Shown: positions 55,150 to 60,169 of the stretch, one piece after another
Layout: every line of letters begins with the position of its first letter
Position numbering within the stretch: position 1 is the stretch's first letter
Assembly (NCBI RefSeq): GCF_001194135.2
Contig: NC_068988.1
Coordinates: 22,373,589-22,433,757, forward strand
Source of the DNA: Octopus bimaculoides
Taxonomy: Eukaryota
Length of the DNA stretch: 60,169 nt
Reading direction: 5' to 3'
The notes under the pieces: model-generated
The model's input: the letters and a program-made list of their open reading frames with translations, nothing else
Database searches by the model: none
What the model was told of the DNA's origin: nothing
Translations under genes and position numbers: made by a program

Positions 55150-55580
55150 AGATAGTGTTACCCTGTAACTGATGAAGTATGAAGCAGTCTAATAGAAGCG
55201 GACATTGAGGGTAAAGTGAACAAGATACATGAGAACCTGCATCACCTTATCTAAATTAGTTCCATAGGTCTCTCAATCCATACCCGACCTACATTACCGC
55301 ATGTTCTTCTCGTTGTTTCACTTGTCCTATATTTCTTAGAAATATAATCAAATTTACCTCTCGACTCCTGAAAGTGTGAAGGATTACACAGTGTCACTAC
55401 GCAGTGCCAATGTGAAAGTCTGCCTTTCATTTAAATAACTGTTCTGCATATTATACCATGGTTGTTGGGCAATCTCCTCCGTTGAAACCTTCGCCGTCTG
55501 CAGAAAGGTGACTTGAGCGCATCAAACCACTAACCATCTGCACTCCAACCACATCGACCAAGGCTGTTTAAAAAGATCTT
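55150..55580 (-). pseudogene. Possible decayed CR1-like LINE 3' end
   Basis: The minus strand gives VQMVSGL..GGD, then LWN*, then LDCFI, loosely in the order VQ..MV.GL/RGD/WN.LP/RLD.F. Weak. Confidence 0.25.
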
Positions 55581-57329
55581 TGACTCACATAATTCAATCA
55601 AATTCAAGTAATTATTTATGTCCTAATTTCAACGTAGATATCGACATTGTAAATCTATTTTCTTTTCCCTTTATAAACTCTTCTCCATGAGCTCTTTCCT
55701 ATATTTGTTTGCCTTGTGTTATATATATCCACCTGTCTTTTTTCTTGTAATATGAGATGAAATATACACTTTCAATCGAAATTAGCGATCAAAATCACAT
55801 TGACGTTTGAACGACTCTAGCATGCGTGTTTGTTTGTGGTGACGATATCTCACCATACTGCAAATTTCGGGGTCATTATCGTGGTGCCTCGTTTCATCAA
55901 CATCCAAGCAGCTTTTAATTGACATGACTCAGTTCTCAGGTTATCTGTTAGTAGACAAGGCACAAATTTTGGCGCTAACAGCAAGCACGTTCATTTTATG
56001 TCTTGAATATCGTGAGCCATTAGCTTTCATAGACGCCTGCTTCTTCAGAATCTTCCCCGATAGAGAGGCAACAGTTTTTATGGATTATACCAGTCAGTTT
56101 TACGATGTGTTCGCCGTCGTTTTAAGGAAATATCTTTTATAATTGAGATTATCTTGCAACAAACTGTTGCACGACAAGGCGACATTACTTGTTTAGTGTT
56201 CTTTTTTAATTATATAAATAGCTCCTAGGGGCGGAATGTTTACGTAACTACGGGCACTATTTTGTGTAATTTGTGACAGTTGGGGAGAGATTACGGATCC
56301 TACACTAGGCTAGCATAATTCATGTTGGGTTTATTTCATTGGATGTGCGCCACTGTTGCTTTTATTTTTATTAATCAAATGTTGTAATTGTGCTTTCTGA
56401 ATATGTGTAAATGTTTTACTATATTTCTTCTTTTCTCTGTCTGCTGTGAATGTTATACATAACCTTAGTAATTTTCGGCTTTTTGTTATTTATCTCCTAA
56501 TGTGTGATGACGGGTTGTATACAGCTCAATGTCATGCCATGTGTATGATTTGGTACTGGAGCTAACACCAACGCTTGCAGCTCCTGTTACTATATACAAG
56601 TTCATCTTGTATATAGTATATAGTATAAATGAAACAACCTCAAATTATGTTAAAAAGTGCTCCTAAAAATACTGGATCTAAAGCTAACCCCACATAAAAA
56701 AAAAACCACATGCCCTCAACTTAACTGCAGCTTTATTAGCATAATTAGCCCTTAATGATTTATTGCTTGTATGCTATCGTTGTTGCTTACTTATATATCT
56801 ATCAAATCTGGTGACTAAGGGTGATTTTTATTTTAATAAAAGGATTGTGTTTGATGTTTGAGTGGATAGGGTTATGACGCGGTCAGGGAAATAGAGAATA
56901 AATTTAAGATTACTGAGATGAATGTAAAATTCTGGCACATCTAAACGACGCAAATTAGTGAATGTATTCTGACATATGCGTTTGGTGAGGATTGCTTAGT
57001 TTATAGACTAATGATACAGTATATATCTTGTACAAGACTTTCGCGAGCGATAAGTTTCCAGAAAGGCGTATTTCCTTTCTTCATACCTGGCAAGGAACAA
57101 GTGCTTGAAAATATGGCTCTTAATACTGCGTTTGTTCAAATTAATAACTTTCCCCCACGTTTGCGCTAACCACTTAGAATGTCTTATTTCCACTAGATAC
57201 ATACGAACAAATATATGTATGTATATCCATATATATATATGTGCGTGTGCGTTTGTGTGTGTGTGTGTGTGTGTATGTGTGTGTGTGTATGTGTGTGTGT
57301 GTGTGTGTGTGTATGTATATGCATATACA

Positions 57330-57398
<69 letters not shown>

Positions 57399-57732
57399 TT
57401 TATTTAACCACTTACAATTTATAAGTGTTGTATTAGCTACCGGTTCGAAATTTGCTCACTATGGTCTTACAGACTTTTTCTTCTAAGCTGCTACCGACAT
57501 TAATATTGTTTCTCTTACATAGGTTCAGGTAATCGAGAACTGACCGAAAGTGCCTTCTCTTCGACGTGCAGGTAGATGCCAGCTAATTAGTTAGTTGCTA
57601 TGGAAACATTGTGTGAACCAGGTGGTGTTATGTGTATTGAGTTTTCTTTATTACTCCATGGTAATGTGTAAGAATCTCTTAACAATAGCTATAAGAGATA
57701 AAAGTCGATCTCCATATGTGCTAATGTATATA

Positions 57733-58216
57733 GTGGTAAGTAGCTTGCTTACGAACCGCATGGTTCTGGGTTCAGTCTCACTGCGCGGCAACTTGGGTAG
57801 GTGTTTTCTGCTATAGCCTCGGGCCGCCCAAAGCCTTGTGAGTGGATTTGGTAGACGGAAACTGAATGAAGCCCGTCGTATATATGTATGCATATATATA
57901 TNNNNNNNNNNNNNNNNNNNNNNNNNNNNNNNNNNNNNNNNNNNNNNNNNNNNNNNNNNNNNNNNNNNNNNNNNNNNNNNNNNNNNNNNNNNNNNNNNNN
58001 NNNNNNNNNGTTTTTGTGTTTGTGTTTGTTCCCCCAACATCGCTTGACAACCGATGGTGGTGTTTACGTCCCCGTAACTTAGCGGTTCGGTAAAAGAGAA
58101 CTGATAGAATAAGTACTAGGCTTACAAATAATAAGTCCTGGGGTCGATTTGCTCGACTAAAGGCGGTGCTCCAGCATGGCCGCAGTCAAATGATTGAAAT
58201 AATAAAAGAGTAAAAG
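57733..58216 (+). mobile_element. SINE family B, nearly full length, with a gap in its internal microsatellite
   Basis: Co-linear with 44051-44469. The N run 57902-58009 replaces the TA/TG tract. Confidence 0.9.
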
Positions 58217-58599
58217 TGTATATGTATTCTATTATAAATTAAACGCAAAACACCACACACTCGTCTCCTGACTTTCGTTTTCCATACATTACGTGTAATT
58301 CTTTGTTTATTCATCTACGGAACACTACGTATTTTCTTTTAATATATTTTAATTAATGTGTTATATAGTGCAGCGCTGTACTGTACTTTTTATTTATCAA
58401 TTTATTAATTTTTAAGCGGGAAAATGCTTATTTTACCACAGTAATAATTAAAAAAATCTAACATATGAATACCTATCTGCTGCAGAAACCCGCGATATAC
58501 TGAGGAGTCCGCGATATAAATTTACATATATCAACCAAAAAAAATCCGCGATGTACTGAGGGTACGATAGATGGACCGTGATATGACGAGTGGTTACTG
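58217..58599 (+). mobile_element. Tigger/pogo-like MITE, 5'-truncated
   Basis: Co-linear with about 26780-27183 (gactttcgttttccatac, cagaaacccgcgatatac, aatccgcgatgtactga) and ends gacgagtggttactg|TA. Confidence 0.8.
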
Positions 58600-58904
58600 T
58601 ATTCAGCAGAGTCCACTATGCTGCAAGTACCTGAGCAGCACAGTAGCCACCGGCTTGATGATAATTTTGTCCCACCCCACTCTTACCGGTTGTCTTAGTA
58701 ATGGTGTTATGCGACATCAGCTCTGCGCCTCTTACTAACCGAACGAAGAAAATATATGGTATATATTTTTTAATAGAGTTTTAGTTCCAATTTATTCATC
58801 TTACGAATAAATGGTAGTGGAAAGCAAGCAGGCAATTACTCTGTTTTATGAAATGGTAAATTTTTAATTTCTAATGGGAATTATTATTTATTTTAGTTTA
58901 TCAA

Positions 58905-59250
58905 TTAACCCTTTCATATCTCAATTATTTGTTTATGCGTGAATAAATGATTTTATGATTTAGAATATCAAGCAGGGAATTAATAATAGTAGCATAATAT
59001 ATCACGTGCAAAAGTACACATGTTACACTAAAGACTTCGAAAATATTACCATTTTGAGGCTATTAATCTGTATAATATTTAGTGTGACATATGAAACTTA
59101 CGAGTGAGATTTGATTATTGATCATTTAATAAAATCAAAAGGAAATTTTTTTAGGAATTCTAACAGATTATGTCGATCTTGATGAGTGGCATTTTATCAT
59201 ATCACGTACAGTTGTAGGGTATACTGTCATATGAAATTGAGGTGAAGTAA
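58905..59250. mobile_element. Possible decayed piggyBac-like MITE
   Basis: Left end TTAA|CCCTTTCATATCTCAATT, but only a partial right TIR (aattgaggtgaag). Confidence 0.25.
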
Positions 59251-59604
59251 TTTCGTATATACGTATATGAACACATATGTTTATACATGCATACAAACAT
59301 ACACATTTGCTTCCATAAATACACACACACATGCGCAGTGAGAGGTTAATGAGAGAGAGAGATTGAGAGGGAAACTAGATATCTATTTACGTAAGATTAT
59401 ATATCTATATGTCTATGTGTTTGCGTCTGCGCATCTGTGCATGCAAACACATGCATAATTATATTCGTATTATTACAGCTATAAAATATTCATACCAAAA
59501 TACATTTAAGGAAGCTCCGTGGAGAATGATAAAGAAGTGTACGCGAAATGAGCACGAGAAACAGAGATCCAGACAGACAGAGAGAAAGATCGGGAGAGAA
59601 GTTG

Positions 59605-59692
59605 AGTGTGAGTGAGTGAGTGAGTGACTGACTGAGTGTGTGAGTGTATGAGTGAGTAAGTGAGTGAGTCAGTGACTGAGTGTGTGAGTGAG
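59605..59692. repeat. (GAGT)n-like tetranucleotide tract
   Basis: Directly visible. Confidence 0.9.
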
Positions 59693-60169
59693 AGGAACTT
59701 AAACAGCGAGAGACAAAGAGGGTAAGAGGACATTAGAGAGTGTTAGCACGTATTGTACACAGTGATTACATATTTCAACGTAATTTCATAAAAGCAAATC
59801 AACGATAGAGCTTAGGGAACGAAGAAAGAATATAAAACAATTCCTTGCAAACATAGTTATCGCTGTCGTTCGAGGAGAGAAATGCTTGTCTCTGTTGACG
59901 TTTCTTGTTTACTGTTTGTTGAAACTAATCTAACAATGTTTTAAATTGTGACTAGAAATAATAATATGACAAACGTTTCACATTGAACCGAAAGTTTTCT
60001 TGGTGTTTCATTCGTTTACTTCACAATTTCATTGCTCTAATTTCGTATCGGATACATGTTTGTTCTGCGAGACGTACGCGTTGAAATGAATTTTCTAAAA
60101 TGCGTAACCGCAAGACTACGGTGATGTGGCACACAGACATAGTGTATGTGTGTGCGAATATATATATAT

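Overview
This is eukaryotic, AT-rich, repeat-dominated DNA. About 6.9 kb of it is N, in 17 gaps that mostly sit in microsatellite tracts. The tRNA-headed SINE families and the extreme microsatellite density look like a cephalopod genome, probably Octopus; that is inferred from recalled repeat families and not verified by a search. No long protein-coding ORF is supportable: the supplied ORFs are microsatellite, gap or SINE artefacts. Well supported features are four tRNA-derived SINE families (labelled A-D here), a Helentron-type non-autonomous element, two Tigger/pogo-like MITE copies, two mariner-like MITEs, a small TTAA-flanked element with perfect 27-bp TIRs, decayed LINE reverse-transcriptase fossils, a 4x20-bp minisatellite and many simple repeats. 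Tentative features are a spliced gene start (YY1-type CAAGATGGCG plus three phase-compatible small exons at 2684-7393), a two-copy repeat whose differences mostly preserve RNA base-pairing, and a degenerate hammerhead-like skeleton. There is no CRISPR array, rRNA or genuine tRNA gene, and I cannot establish a new biological system from this sequence alone.
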